64,000 nucleotides of DNA from Lachnospiraceae bacterium (GTDB taxonomy: Bacteria; Bacillota; Clostridia; Lachnospirales; Lachnospiraceae), in NCBI GenBank assembly GCA_045645665.1, contig JAZRJF010000089.1, positions 12,254-76,253 of the forward strand, written 5' to 3'. Under the pieces are notes generated by a model that saw only the letters and a list, made by a program, of their open reading frames with translations, searched no databases and was not told the origin of the DNA. Shown here in pieces: positions 47,631 through 56,453 of the stretch; the stretch's first letter is position 1, and each line of letters begins with the position of its first letter. The position numbers were made by a program, and so were the translations under genes.

Positions 47631-47670
47631 TAAAAAATGCGTAACAGCCTCTTTCTCTCTGTTACGCATT
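47631..47670 (-). terminator. Rho-independent terminator after the GH25 gene
   Basis: AATGCGTAACAG-11 nt-CTGTTACGCATT, followed on the minus strand by TTTTTTA. Confidence 0.8.
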
Positions 47671-47692
47671 AGTATTCATCGATTCCTTACAC

Positions 47693-49498
47693 CTATTCAG
47701 CAAGCGGCCGGTCTTCGAGCGGCCAATCACCGAGCCACAGATTCATATCACAGTTTCCGTTGACTCCCGAAACCTTACCGGACGCAGAATACTGCCATAT
47801 TTGAAAATCGTAGCGATAGCTCACCGTATCACCGTAATAAGCAAACCAGAACGGATATCCCGCCAACTCATCGCGGTCGATGTTCATAATCGACCAGCGC
47901 GTGCTCGCGTATACCATCGGCTGATACTTATCGGCGGCAATTCGTTCGCAAAATGCCTTGGCAATCGCCGTACGGTCCACACGGCTCGTGGCATTTCCAC
48001 GCGCATTTTCCGCCTCATAATATTCTGTATCAAACACAACCGGCAGAGCAATGTCGTAGCCTTCGATTGCACTGAGCACCAGCTCAGCCTCCTCGATCGC
48101 CTCCTCTACCGTAATCGCCTGCGAGTAAAAATACACGCCAACCGGAATTCCGTTTTCGAGTGCGCCCTGAATGTTGGCATCCTTGTACTCATCAATGTAC
48201 AGGGAACCCTCACGACTTCCACGATAGCCCACACGAATGAAGGCAAATTCGACTCCCGCCTCGGCAACCTTGGCCCAATCGATGTCGCCCTGATGCTTTG
48301 AAACATCGATGCCCAGCTTGGAAATCACATTGCCATCCGCGTCCTTCAGATAACGATGGTCGCCGTCCGCCTTCGTCAGACCACTCCAATCGTACTCATG
48401 CTGCGAAACCTTCTCGTAGCGCTTCAAATACAAGCGCTCGCCCGTGCCCGCGGTCAGTACAATCGGCTCTTTCAAGTATTCTGCAAATGGTGCATTGATC
48501 TTGTCGCCCTCTTCATCATCGAAATCGGGATCCACATACGCACCATACAAGGACGATTCCGCAACAAGTCGACCGTCCTTCGGCACGATGCTTCCGCGAA
48601 GCTCACCGTAATACGCTTCGTCGCCGTCCGCCATATCGCTGTAGATGGCCGCGCAAAACTCAATGCCGTTCTCAGCGACCTCCCACGTAAAATGCTTGTC
48701 CGATTGAAGCACTCCTGCCCCATCTCTGTCAACCGCCTTCACAAGCTCCGGCGTCGCCTCATATTCGTAGCTGCTGCCATTTCCGGTTGTCAGTACGATG
48801 GTATCCAACTGCTTTCCAACCTTAACGGAAAACCATTCCCTCACCAGCTCGTCAAATGCTCGCGCTTCATATTCATACATCGTCTCAACGTCGACAATCG
48901 CCAACTCAGCCACTCGGTCTTTCTCGTACACGCGGAACAAAATGCAGTCTCGCCCATTCAACGTAATCCGCTCCGGGCACAGATGCTCCCACTCGTCATT
49001 TAGGTCATACGGCACCAAAAGCTCGACCGTCTTCTCGCCATTCGACAACAGTAGTCCCATGTCAGTAGGCGTTTTCTGTGCTTCATCCAGATAAGACTCA
49101 TTGCGGTAATACAAAGAAAGCGCCTCGTCTCCTTCCCCACTCGTAAGCACGAGATACTCAAGTCCGCCGAACGTCTCCACCGACGCGGAAAATGCACCTT
49201 CTCCCTCGCCGCTCTGCCATCCGTCCACACGCGACGCAAGATTCTCGCACTGCTTCTCTGTCAGCACGACAGTCCCACCGCTTGCTTCCTTATCCGGCTT
49301 CTTCGGCAGAAACACCACCACAATAGCGGCTATCAACAAGCCGACCAACACCCACGTAGTGATCATCCACACATTTCGCTGGCGCACCAACCGCTGCGCA
49401 TACTTTGCCTGACCGTCGTCCGGTTCACGTACATTGTCCGGTTCAAAAACGTCGGCCGGCATTTGACCATTCTCCATCCTTTGTTCCTTCATCCTCAC
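47693..49498 (-). CDS. Membrane-anchored GH25 muramidase (lysozyme) with a large unknown middle region
   Basis: 601 aa with an N-terminal TM segment (VWMITTWVLVGLLIAAIVVVFL). The C-terminal GH25 domain has GIDVSKHQGDIDWAKV, FAFIRVGYRG, YFYS and QYS. The start is ambiguous (GTG 49498, ATG 49492 or ATG 49477). Confidence 0.82.
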   Translation of the reverse strand: MRMKEQRMENGQMPADVFEPDNVREPDDGQAKYAQRLVRQRNVWMITTWVLVGLLIAAIVVVFLPKKPDKEASGGTVVLTEKQCENLASRVDGWQSGEGEGAFSASVETFGGLEYLVLTSGEGDEALSLYYRNESYLDEAQKTPTDMGLLLSNGEKTVELLVPYDLNDEWEHLCPERITLNGRDCILFRVYEKDRVAELAIVDVETMYEYEARAFDELVREWFSVKVGKQLDTIVLTTGNGSSYEYEATPELVKAVDRDGAGVLQSDKHFTWEVAENGIEFCAAIYSDMADGDEAYYGELRGSIVPKDGRLVAESSLYGAYVDPDFDDEEGDKINAPFAEYLKEPIVLTAGTGERLYLKRYEKVSQHEYDWSGLTKADGDHRYLKDADGNVISKLGIDVSKHQGDIDWAKVAEAGVEFAFIRVGYRGSREGSLYIDEYKDANIQGALENGIPVGVYFYSQAITVEEAIEEAELVLSAIEGYDIALPVVFDTEYYEAENARGNATSRVDRTAIAKAFCERIAADKYQPMVYASTRWSIMNIDRDELAGYPFWFAYYGDTVSYRYDFQIWQYSASGKVSGVNGNCDMNLWLGDWPLEDRPLAE

Positions 49499-49612
49499 AC
49501 AGTCCCTTCTGTACTTCTTACTCGCCTACTCGCTTCACTCCATCGATAACATCATTTTATCATAGTTCAGCCGAAAAGAAAATCCTATCCACAAACCTTT
49601 CAAAAAATCCTG

Positions 49613-49641
49613 TTGACTTTTCCGGAGAACTCTCATATAAT
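49613..49641 (+). promoter_or_regulatory. Sigma-70 promoter of the tyrS leader
   Basis: TTGACT (49613..49618), a 17-nt spacer, then TATAAT (49636..49641). Confidence 0.6.
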
Positions 49642-49647
49642 AACCGC

Positions 49648-49956
49648 AACGACAAATGCAATGACGAGAACAAGTACTTCTAAAGGGAACCTACAGAAAG
49701 CAGCCGGTCGATGAGAGGCGCAGGGAAAGCTTAGAAGGAATACCTCTCCAAGCAGCGCACCAAACCGGAGTTTTCCGCAGTAGGCTGCGACGGGCGCACC
49801 CGTTACAGTGCCGGAGTATAAGGAAGCCATCTGCAGCAGATCGGGCATTTTGCCATAGCTTCCCGTACTTAATGAGGTGATGGGTGTGAGCTCATCATGA
49901 AGAAAGGTGGTAACACGAGATACTCTCTCGTCCTTTTAGAAGGACGGGAGTTTTTT
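49648..49956 (+). promoter_or_regulatory. T-box riboswitch leader (Tyr specifier) with terminator
   Basis: The stem I base reads GCAATGACGAGAACAAGTA, and its 3' side reads TTAGAAGGAA-TAC-CTCTCCAAGCA, with the UAC specifier at 49750..49752. The T-box motif AAAGGTGGTAACACGAG lies at 49902..49918. The terminator is CTCTCGTCC-8 nt-GGACGGGAG-TTTTTT (49925..49956). The downstream gene is tyrS. Confidence 0.8.
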
Positions 49957-50109
49957 GTTATGTGCGGAGCACATAACAAAAAAGTATATGCACACCTCGC
50001 GGTACGGTAGGCAATTGCTTCGCAATTCCGCTCGGGCGCACAAGAGTCGCAAGCGACTCTTGATTATGTGCTCCGCGCATAATCAAAAAGTATATGCACA
50101 CCTCGCGGT
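49957..50109 (+). repeat. Two copies of a 47-bp element, 106 bp apart, between the T-box terminator and tyrS
   Basis: Copy 1 (49957..50003) is GTTATGTGCGGAGCACATAACAAAAAAGTATATGCACACCTCGCGGT. Copy 2 (50063..50109) is ATTATGTGCTCCGCGCATAATCAAAAAGTATATGCACACCTCGCGGT. Each starts with a hairpin. Further hairpins lie between the copies (GAGTCGC-AA-GCGACTC) and after them (GACGC-TTCC-GCGTC). Confidence 0.7.
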
Positions 50110-50197
50110 GCCGCATTTTCCTTCGGCGCCCCGCTCCTTCTATTGACGCTTCCGCGTCTCCGGCCGAAGACAAAAAAACATTCAGGAGGATTTCAAG

Positions 50198-51418
50198 ATG
50201 AAACTGTATGATGAACTGAGAGCCCGTGGCCTCATCGCGCAGGTTACGGACGAGAAGCTGATCAGCGAATTGATCAACGAAGGTAAGGCTACCTTCTACA
50301 TTGGCTTCGACCCTACCGCAGACAGTCTGCACGTAGGACATTTTATGGCCCTTTGCCTTATGAAGCGTCTTCAGATGGCAGGCAACAAGCCCATCGCACT
50401 TCTCGGCGGCGGTACCGGTATGATCGGTGACCCTTCCGGAAAGACCGATATGCGTAAGATGCTGACGCCCGAAGATATTGCACACAACATCGAGTGCTTC
50501 AAGAAGCAGATGAGCCGCTTTATCGACTTTTCCGAGGGTAAGGCAATTATCGTGAACAATGCCGACTGGCTCATGGATTTGAACTACGTTGAGCTTCTTC
50601 GTGAAGTAGGCGCGCATTTCTCCGTAAACCGTATGTTGACGGCTGAGTGCTACAAGCAGCGTATGGAGCGTGGTTTGACCTTCCTTGAGTTCAACTACAT
50701 GATTATGCAGAGCTACGACTTCTACCGTCTGTTCCAGGATTACGGCTGTAACCTGCAGTTCGGTGGCGACGACCAGTGGAGCAACATGCTCGGCGGTACG
50801 GAGCTGATTCGCCGTAAGCTCGGCAAGGACGCTTCCGCAATGACCATCACCCTTCTCCTCAACTCCGAGGGCAAGAAGATGGGCAAGACCGAGAAGGGTG
50901 CCGTATGGCTTGATCCGAACAAGACCAGTCCGTTCGAGTTCTACCAGTACTGGAGAAATGTTGCCGATGCCGATGTTCTCAAGTGCATTCGCATGCTCAC
51001 CTTCCTTCCCATCGAAGAGATTGAGACGATGGCAGACTGGGAAGGCAGCCAGCTGAACAAGGCAAAGGAGATTCTTGCTTACGAACTCACCAAGCTTGTA
51101 CACGGTGAGGAAGAGGCCGTAAAGGCACAGGAATCCGCTAAGTCTCTTTTCGGCGCAGGCTCGTTGGAGGATGCTCCGGAGGCACCGATTTCCGAAGAGG
51201 ATTTGAACGAGGGAACCATCGATTTGGTATCCATCCTCGTAAAGGCCGGCCTCGCACCGACCCGTTCCGAAGCAAGAAGAAACATCGAGCAGGGCGGCGT
51301 ATTGGTAGATGGCGAGAAGGTTGTCGATTTCAAGGCTACCTACACGAAGGAGCAGTTGATTTCGGGTATCGTGGTACGTAGAGGAAAGAAGAATTTCAAG
51401 AAGGTTGTTCTGAAGTAA
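50198..51418 (+). CDS. tyrS: Tyrosine--tRNA ligase
   Basis: 406 aa with a class I HIGH motif (SLHVGH), a KMSKS-like KMGKT and a C-terminal S4-like domain. CAGGAGGA RBS. Confidence 0.95.
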   Translation: MKLYDELRARGLIAQVTDEKLISELINEGKATFYIGFDPTADSLHVGHFMALCLMKRLQMAGNKPIALLGGGTGMIGDPSGKTDMRKMLTPEDIAHNIECFKKQMSRFIDFSEGKAIIVNNADWLMDLNYVELLREVGAHFSVNRMLTAECYKQRMERGLTFLEFNYMIMQSYDFYRLFQDYGCNLQFGGDDQWSNMLGGTELIRRKLGKDASAMTITLLLNSEGKKMGKTEKGAVWLDPNKTSPFEFYQYWRNVADADVLKCIRMLTFLPIEEIETMADWEGSQLNKAKEILAYELTKLVHGEEEAVKAQESAKSLFGAGSLEDAPEAPISEEDLNEGTIDLVSILVKAGLAPTRSEARRNIEQGGVLVDGEKVVDFKATYTKEQLISGIVVRRGKKNFKKVVLK

Positions 51419-51435
51419 TAATTGCATCAAGCTTT

Positions 51436-51468
51436 AAGGAGCCTATCATTACGATAGGCTCCTTTTTT
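51436..51468 (+). terminator. Rho-independent terminator of tyrS
   Basis: AAGGAGCCTATC-ATTAC-GATAGGCTCCTT followed by TTTT. Confidence 0.85.
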
Positions 51469-51642
51469 GTCGCCCAGACTCTCCACATAGTACCTCCGGA
51501 CTGCCTACATGCTCCATTTATAACCCACATAGCACCAAATATCCAGTCAGACTAGATACTTTTCGCAGAATGTCTACTTGCACTAGACATTTTCCCAAAA
51601 TGGGTATGCTAAACTAAGTAAAAGAACAGGTGGAGGCTTCCT

Positions 51643-51948
51643 ATGGACCAAGATGCATTTATCAAACGCCTAGTTGAGTTACGACAGAATCAAAATGTAT
51701 CCGCACGCGATATGAGCCTGTCTCTTGGGCAAAGCGCCGGATACATCAACAACATCGAAAACGGCAAAAACTATCCGTCTCTCCTCATGTTCTTTTATAT
51801 GTGCGAATTTCTCGAAATCACCCCGGAGGAATTCTTCCGAGTGGACGTTACGAATCCGCCAAAGCTACGTGCCCTGACGCACGAGGCACAGCGGCTGACC
51901 GGCGAACAGCTGGATCACCTCATCGCGCTTGCTAAGGAAATGAAATAA
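51643..51948 (+). CDS. XRE-family helix-turn-helix transcriptional regulator
   Basis: 101 aa with an HTH_3 pattern (LRQNQNVSARDMSLSLGQSAGYINNIENGKNYPSL). GGTGGAGG RBS. Confidence 0.85.
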   Translation: MDQDAFIKRLVELRQNQNVSARDMSLSLGQSAGYINNIENGKNYPSLLMFFYMCEFLEITPEEFFRVDVTNPPKLRALTHEAQRLTGEQLDHLIALAKEMK

Positions 51949-51962
51949 ATGATTGTGACACC

Positions 51963-51998
51963 AAAAAACAGGCAGCCCCTTATCGGACTGCCTGTTTT
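51963..51998. terminator. Bidirectional terminator between convergent genes
   Basis: AAAAAACAGGCAG-12 nt-CTGCCTGTTTT. Confidence 0.8.
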
Positions 51999-52001
51999 GC
52001 T

Positions 52002-54608
52002 TTATTCGTATTTTGTTACCTTAACGGCTGAACCGTACGCCTTCAGCGGACGACCATGTTCATCGAACTCGGTCGTATAACGAACGAAGAACGGAATTCG
52101 GTCCATAGTAAGCGGAATCATCGCCTCGAGATGTGGTACACCCTGCTCAATCTGTCTATGCCAATCGCGGTACATATCCGCAACCTCAGGCGGGAATACA
52201 CCCTGCTCAATGGCACTATCCGGATAATTGGTCAGCAACGGCGGCAAGCCAAGGTCTCGCATACAGCGGAAGCAAGGCTTCATCTCGCGTGTAGCAACCG
52301 TGTACTCCCAATAGTAGATATCCACCTCGTCAAATGCTCTCTGGTATCCAAGCTCTCGGTTCTCAATCTTAGCGAGATGCTCCTTCTCTGTCGTGATGTT
52401 ACGAATCATCGCGTAGAACAGATAGTTATCACCGCTTCTTCCGATCATTCTGGCATTCGTTCGGATACAGAAGCGCTCATTGCCGCAGCAGTCGGACGAA
52501 ATGTCACGCCACGTTTCGCACTCCTCTTCCTCCATAGACTCAATTGCGCGCTCCAGCATATCGTAATAAATCTGCTTATTGGCCTCGTCAAAGACAGTCG
52601 TCGGGTCGGACTCAATCAATTGCTTCTCCGTCAGATTCATGCCGAGCTCTTGGAGATACTTCTGATTGACTCTCAGAATCTCAACCTTACCGTCATGGTA
52701 TTCAAAGATAGCCGCACCGCCAACATAATTACTGAAGATGAGCGTCTCAAGTGACTTCGGATCCCAGAAGTCAAATGCATTGAGTCCTTCGATCAAACGC
52801 ATCTGCGGAATCTTCGCACCGACCATGCTACTCTTCAAATATTCCTCATACTCCTCCTCCGGGAGAGGCTTTGAATACAGATAGCCCTGAATGTAGTCGC
52901 AACCGATGCTACGCAGGAAGTCTGCCTGTCTCACCTGCTCAACGCCCTCTGCGATAACCGGCATTCCAAGCCATTTCGCCATACGAACAACCGAGCTCAA
53001 AATCGTGCCACCACGATTGCCCTGCTGCTCATCCGAAAGGAACAGCATGTCGAGCTTGATGATATCCAGTTCAATGTCCTTCAGTACATTTAATGAAGAA
53101 TAACCGCTTCCGAAGTCGTCCATCTCAACGACATAACCGCATTCATGTAGCGATTTTACTACCTCGTTGACGTGCTGACTGCTACCGACGATTACAGACT
53201 CGGTAATCTCTACACGCAGATACTTTGCCGGAATATCGTACTTCTTACGAATGTTCTCCAAGCTTGCGGTAAAATTCTTCTGAAAGATGTCGTGACGCGA
53301 GAAGTTCGTTGAAATCGGAACCATCGCCCACCTGTTATCTAAGCATTTGCGCAAGAAGATACATACCTGCTCAAATACGTACAAATCCAGCTTCGTAATA
53401 AATCCGTTCTTCTCAAAGATCGGAATGAACACACCGGGAGAAATCAATCCGCGCTCGGGATGCTTCCAACGGACCAAAGCCTCCGCGCCGACGAGCATTC
53501 CGGTCGAATGGTCGTACTGCGGCTGATAATATACGACGAACTGCTTCTGTGCGAGCGCGTATTCCATCATGCCGATAATCTCTTGCTCACCGAGCATATC
53601 GTCGCGAAGCTCATCGGAATAGTAATTAAAATGCGTCGTATAGCTACCCTTAATGCTACTCTGCGCAAGCACCGCACGATCAATCATAGAGTTGACAATC
53701 AAACCGGCACCGCGGGTGACATAGATACCGACATTGCAGTTCACGATAAACGGGAGATCGTGCTTGCCGATTTCTTCGAGAATATTCTCAATCAACTGCT
53801 CAAGCTCCTCGCCTGACGTATGCGTGAAGAACACGAAACGATCCGAACCGAAACGACAGACAACATCCTCTTCCTTCACCAGTCTTCTGGTCACATCGGC
53901 AATGTGAATCAAAAGGCGGTCGCCCTCGGTCATACCGAACAAATCGTTGACAGCCTTGAATCGCAGGACGTCGAAGTATACAATTGCGTATTCTCCTGCT
54001 GCCACGCCTTCGGGATCACGCTTCAAAATCTCATCCACATGATATGCAAATGCGTTACGGTTATACAATCCCGTCAGCTCATCATGGTCCGCTGCCGCCG
54101 AAAGGGAGCTATTCTCCTCAATCTCGTCGTCTACATCGGTAATCGTGATATTGACCGTCGTTCCCGGTACAACATTCATCAAACCGACGCAATACCAACG
54201 CCAGTCCGCACCTGCATTTTTAAAATAGCACTCCATAAAATGAGCCTGCGGTGTATCTGCAGCGGCAATCTCCTCAAGCTTCGTACGAAGCTCTAAGATA
54301 GTATTGCCTGTGGCAAAACCATACTCCTCAAGCGCCGCCCAGAAATTCTGCGCACCGCTTCCAACGGAATCAAAGCCCGACATTGTCTTCGGAAAAGAAA
54401 ACTTACCCGACTTTACATCGTAAATAATCAACGTGCTATCCTTGTACTGTCTTGCTTTTCTTCTCTTAGAAGCACCTGCGTGTGCCAGGTCGCTTCCGTC
54501 TGTTCTTTTCATATTCTCCATATAAGCTCCCTCTGCCGAGAGGACGTCCGGCGCCCTCTCAAGCACGCTTTCGCTAAGTATATTCCTACTATTCTCCTCA
54601 TTGTTCAT
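52002..54608 (-). CDS. Multidomain c-di-GMP protein: N-terminal sensor-like region, degenerate GGDEF, EAL, and a C-terminal region of about 270 aa
   Basis: The GGDEF domain (DELTGLYNRNAF...) has the active-site motif changed to GSDRF (CRFGSDRFVFF). The EAL domain has EALVRW, EITES, DDFGSGYSSL, KLD, AEGVE and QGY intact. Confidence 0.88.
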   Translation of the reverse strand: MNNEENSRNILSESVLERAPDVLSAEGAYMENMKRTDGSDLAHAGASKRRKARQYKDSTLIIYDVKSGKFSFPKTMSGFDSVGSGAQNFWAALEEYGFATGNTILELRTKLEEIAAADTPQAHFMECYFKNAGADWRWYCVGLMNVVPGTTVNITITDVDDEIEENSSLSAAADHDELTGLYNRNAFAYHVDEILKRDPEGVAAGEYAIVYFDVLRFKAVNDLFGMTEGDRLLIHIADVTRRLVKEEDVVCRFGSDRFVFFTHTSGEELEQLIENILEEIGKHDLPFIVNCNVGIYVTRGAGLIVNSMIDRAVLAQSSIKGSYTTHFNYYSDELRDDMLGEQEIIGMMEYALAQKQFVVYYQPQYDHSTGMLVGAEALVRWKHPERGLISPGVFIPIFEKNGFITKLDLYVFEQVCIFLRKCLDNRWAMVPISTNFSRHDIFQKNFTASLENIRKKYDIPAKYLRVEITESVIVGSSQHVNEVVKSLHECGYVVEMDDFGSGYSSLNVLKDIELDIIKLDMLFLSDEQQGNRGGTILSSVVRMAKWLGMPVIAEGVEQVRQADFLRSIGCDYIQGYLYSKPLPEEEYEEYLKSSMVGAKIPQMRLIEGLNAFDFWDPKSLETLIFSNYVGGAAIFEYHDGKVEILRVNQKYLQELGMNLTEKQLIESDPTTVFDEANKQIYYDMLERAIESMEEEECETWRDISSDCCGNERFCIRTNARMIGRSGDNYLFYAMIRNITTEKEHLAKIENRELGYQRAFDEVDIYYWEYTVATREMKPCFRCMRDLGLPPLLTNYPDSAIEQGVFPPEVADMYRDWHRQIEQGVPHLEAMIPLTMDRIPFFVRYTTEFDEHGRPLKAYGSAVKVTKYE

Positions 54609-54871
54609 TCCAGAGTTCCGGCATCACCGCTGAATACACTACGCGCATGATACTAAATACCCTATATTACTTTAATTATATTCTTTGTGAATAGAAATCT
54701 CCACTTCATTTAACTATGAACAAGTTACCCTCCATCCTAAAATGACGTGTTTCACTGCACAAACAACATGAATGTATAGCACTATTTCATCTTGCATTTT
54801 GCCGAAAAAACGATTATTCTATATGTACAAGATGGTATAACAAAATCTATATTACTTTTGGAGGTGTTCTA

Positions 54872-56296
54872 ATGGCTAAAACAGCTAATGAACTTATGAG
54901 TTTCATTCGTGAGAATGACATTCAGATGATCGACTTTAAGATTGTGGACATCAACGGTCAGTTCCGACACGTTACGATTCCCGCAGAGCAGTTTACCGAG
55001 GAGACGCTCAAGGATGGTATCGGTTTCGATGCTTCCAACTACGGTTATGCGGTAGTCGAGAAGAGTGACATGGTATTTATTCCGGACCTTGACACGGCAT
55101 TGATTGATCCATTTTGCGCAATTCCCACTCTGTCCATTACCGGTAACGCAATGATTATCGATTACCCGGAGAATCGTCCGCTTGATCAATATCCGCGTAA
55201 CATTGTACATGCTGCAGAGCAGTACATGAGAGACAGCGGTATTGCCGATACGATGCTCATTCTCCCTGAATTCGAGTTCCACCTTTTCGACAACGTGAAT
55301 TGGGCAGTTCGTCCCGATAAGATTTCGATGGAGATTGACGCTACGCAGTCTTACTGGAATTCCGACGTATCCGGTGATGGTGTTATCGTTCCTCATCAGA
55401 AGAACTATCACATTGCAAAGCCTTTCGATACCTCCTACGAGTGTCGCTCCGAGATGTGTCTTGAGATGCAGAAGGCCGGCATCCCGATTAAGTATCATCA
55501 TCCCGAGGTTGGCGCTGCAGGTCAGTTCGAGATTGAGCCGATGCTCGGTGAGATGTCGAAGATGGCAGACAACACGATGATGATTAAGTATATCATCCAC
55601 AATACCGCTATCAAATACGGCAAGACCGCAACCTTTATGCCGAAGCCCGTATACAACGAGGCCGGCAATGGTATGCACGTTCATATGCTCCTTCTGAAAG
55701 ATGGTGAGCCCGTAGTCGGCGATGAGAACGGCTACTCTCATCTGAGCGAGACCGCACACTATTTCATGGGTGGTCTTTTGAAGCACATTGCTTCCCTTTG
55801 CGCTTTGACGAATCCGAGCACCAACTCCTTCAAGCGCTTGGTTCCCGGCTTCGAGGCACCTGTAACAGTAGGTTATGCAACCTCGAATCGTAGTGCGGTT
55901 ATCCGAATCCCGGCTTATGCAAAGACACCGAAGCTTCGCCGCTTCGAGCTTCGTAACCCGGATGCTACGTGTAATCCGTACCTTTGCTACGCTGCAATTC
56001 TTATGGCCGGTCTCGATGGTATCAAGAATAAGATCGATCCTCATGCAAATGGCTGGGGTCCGTACGACATGAATCTGTACCATCTCTCCGACGAAGAAAA
56101 GGCCAAATTGTCCTCTCTTCCTACCACTTTGGATGCGGCTTTGGATGCGCTTGAGGCAGATCACGATTACTTGACTGCAGGCGGTGTATTCCCCGAGCAG
56201 CTTCTCAAGAACTTCATCGCCAACAAGCGTAAAGAGTGTCTCGAGATGTCCAAGATTCCTCATCCCGCAGAATTCGATCGTTACTTCAACCTGTAA
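54872..56296 (+). CDS. glnA: Glutamine synthetase type I
   Basis: 474 aa behind a TGGAGGTG RBS. It has a GS beta-grasp N-terminus (IQMIDFKIVDINGQFRHVTIP) and the catalytic core (KYHHPEVGAAGQFEI, NGMHVHMLL, NSFKRLVPGFEAP). Confidence 0.93.
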   Translation: MAKTANELMSFIRENDIQMIDFKIVDINGQFRHVTIPAEQFTEETLKDGIGFDASNYGYAVVEKSDMVFIPDLDTALIDPFCAIPTLSITGNAMIIDYPENRPLDQYPRNIVHAAEQYMRDSGIADTMLILPEFEFHLFDNVNWAVRPDKISMEIDATQSYWNSDVSGDGVIVPHQKNYHIAKPFDTSYECRSEMCLEMQKAGIPIKYHHPEVGAAGQFEIEPMLGEMSKMADNTMMIKYIIHNTAIKYGKTATFMPKPVYNEAGNGMHVHMLLLKDGEPVVGDENGYSHLSETAHYFMGGLLKHIASLCALTNPSTNSFKRLVPGFEAPVTVGYATSNRSAVIRIPAYAKTPKLRRFELRNPDATCNPYLCYAAILMAGLDGIKNKIDPHANGWGPYDMNLYHLSDEEKAKLSSLPTTLDAALDALEADHDYLTAGGVFPEQLLKNFIANKRKECLEMSKIPHPAEFDRYFNL

Positions 56297-56343
56297 GAGG
56301 AACTGCCTGCGCGTCGTTGATGTAAGCAGCTTTTGAACAACAA

Positions 56344-56383
56344 AATGGCGGTACCGCAATTTGCGATACCGCCATTATTTTTT
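56344..56383 (+). terminator. Rho-independent terminator of glnA
   Basis: AATGGCGGTA-13 nt-TACCGCCATT followed by ATTTTTT. Confidence 0.85.
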
Positions 56384-56453
56384 GCCTTCATCTCAGTTCA
56401 ATGCTCATGGTTCGTTGCTCTTAGCTCGTTACTGTTTGGCTTTTAAGCTCATC

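Noticed and set aside
47486-47692. CIRCE or CtsR operator upstream of clpB
   Set aside because: Only a plain promoter (TTGCAT-17-TATATA on the minus strand) was found. There is no TTAGCACTC/GAGTGCTAA and no GGTCAAA direct repeat.
49958-51430. 490-aa ORF on the minus strand
   Set aside because: Antisense shadow of tyrS that also runs through the repeat insert. tyrS has HIGH/KMSKS motifs and a T-box leader.
54609-54871. GlnR/TnrA box (TGTNA-N7-TNACA) or glutamine riboswitch upstream of glnA
   Set aside because: The best candidates (TGTGAATAGAAATCTCC, TGTATAGCACTATTTCA) each have at least 2 mismatches in the conserved arms. I could not recognise any glnA-RNA motif.
54869-56359. 496-aa ORF on the minus strand
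   Set aside because: Antisense shadow of glnA.
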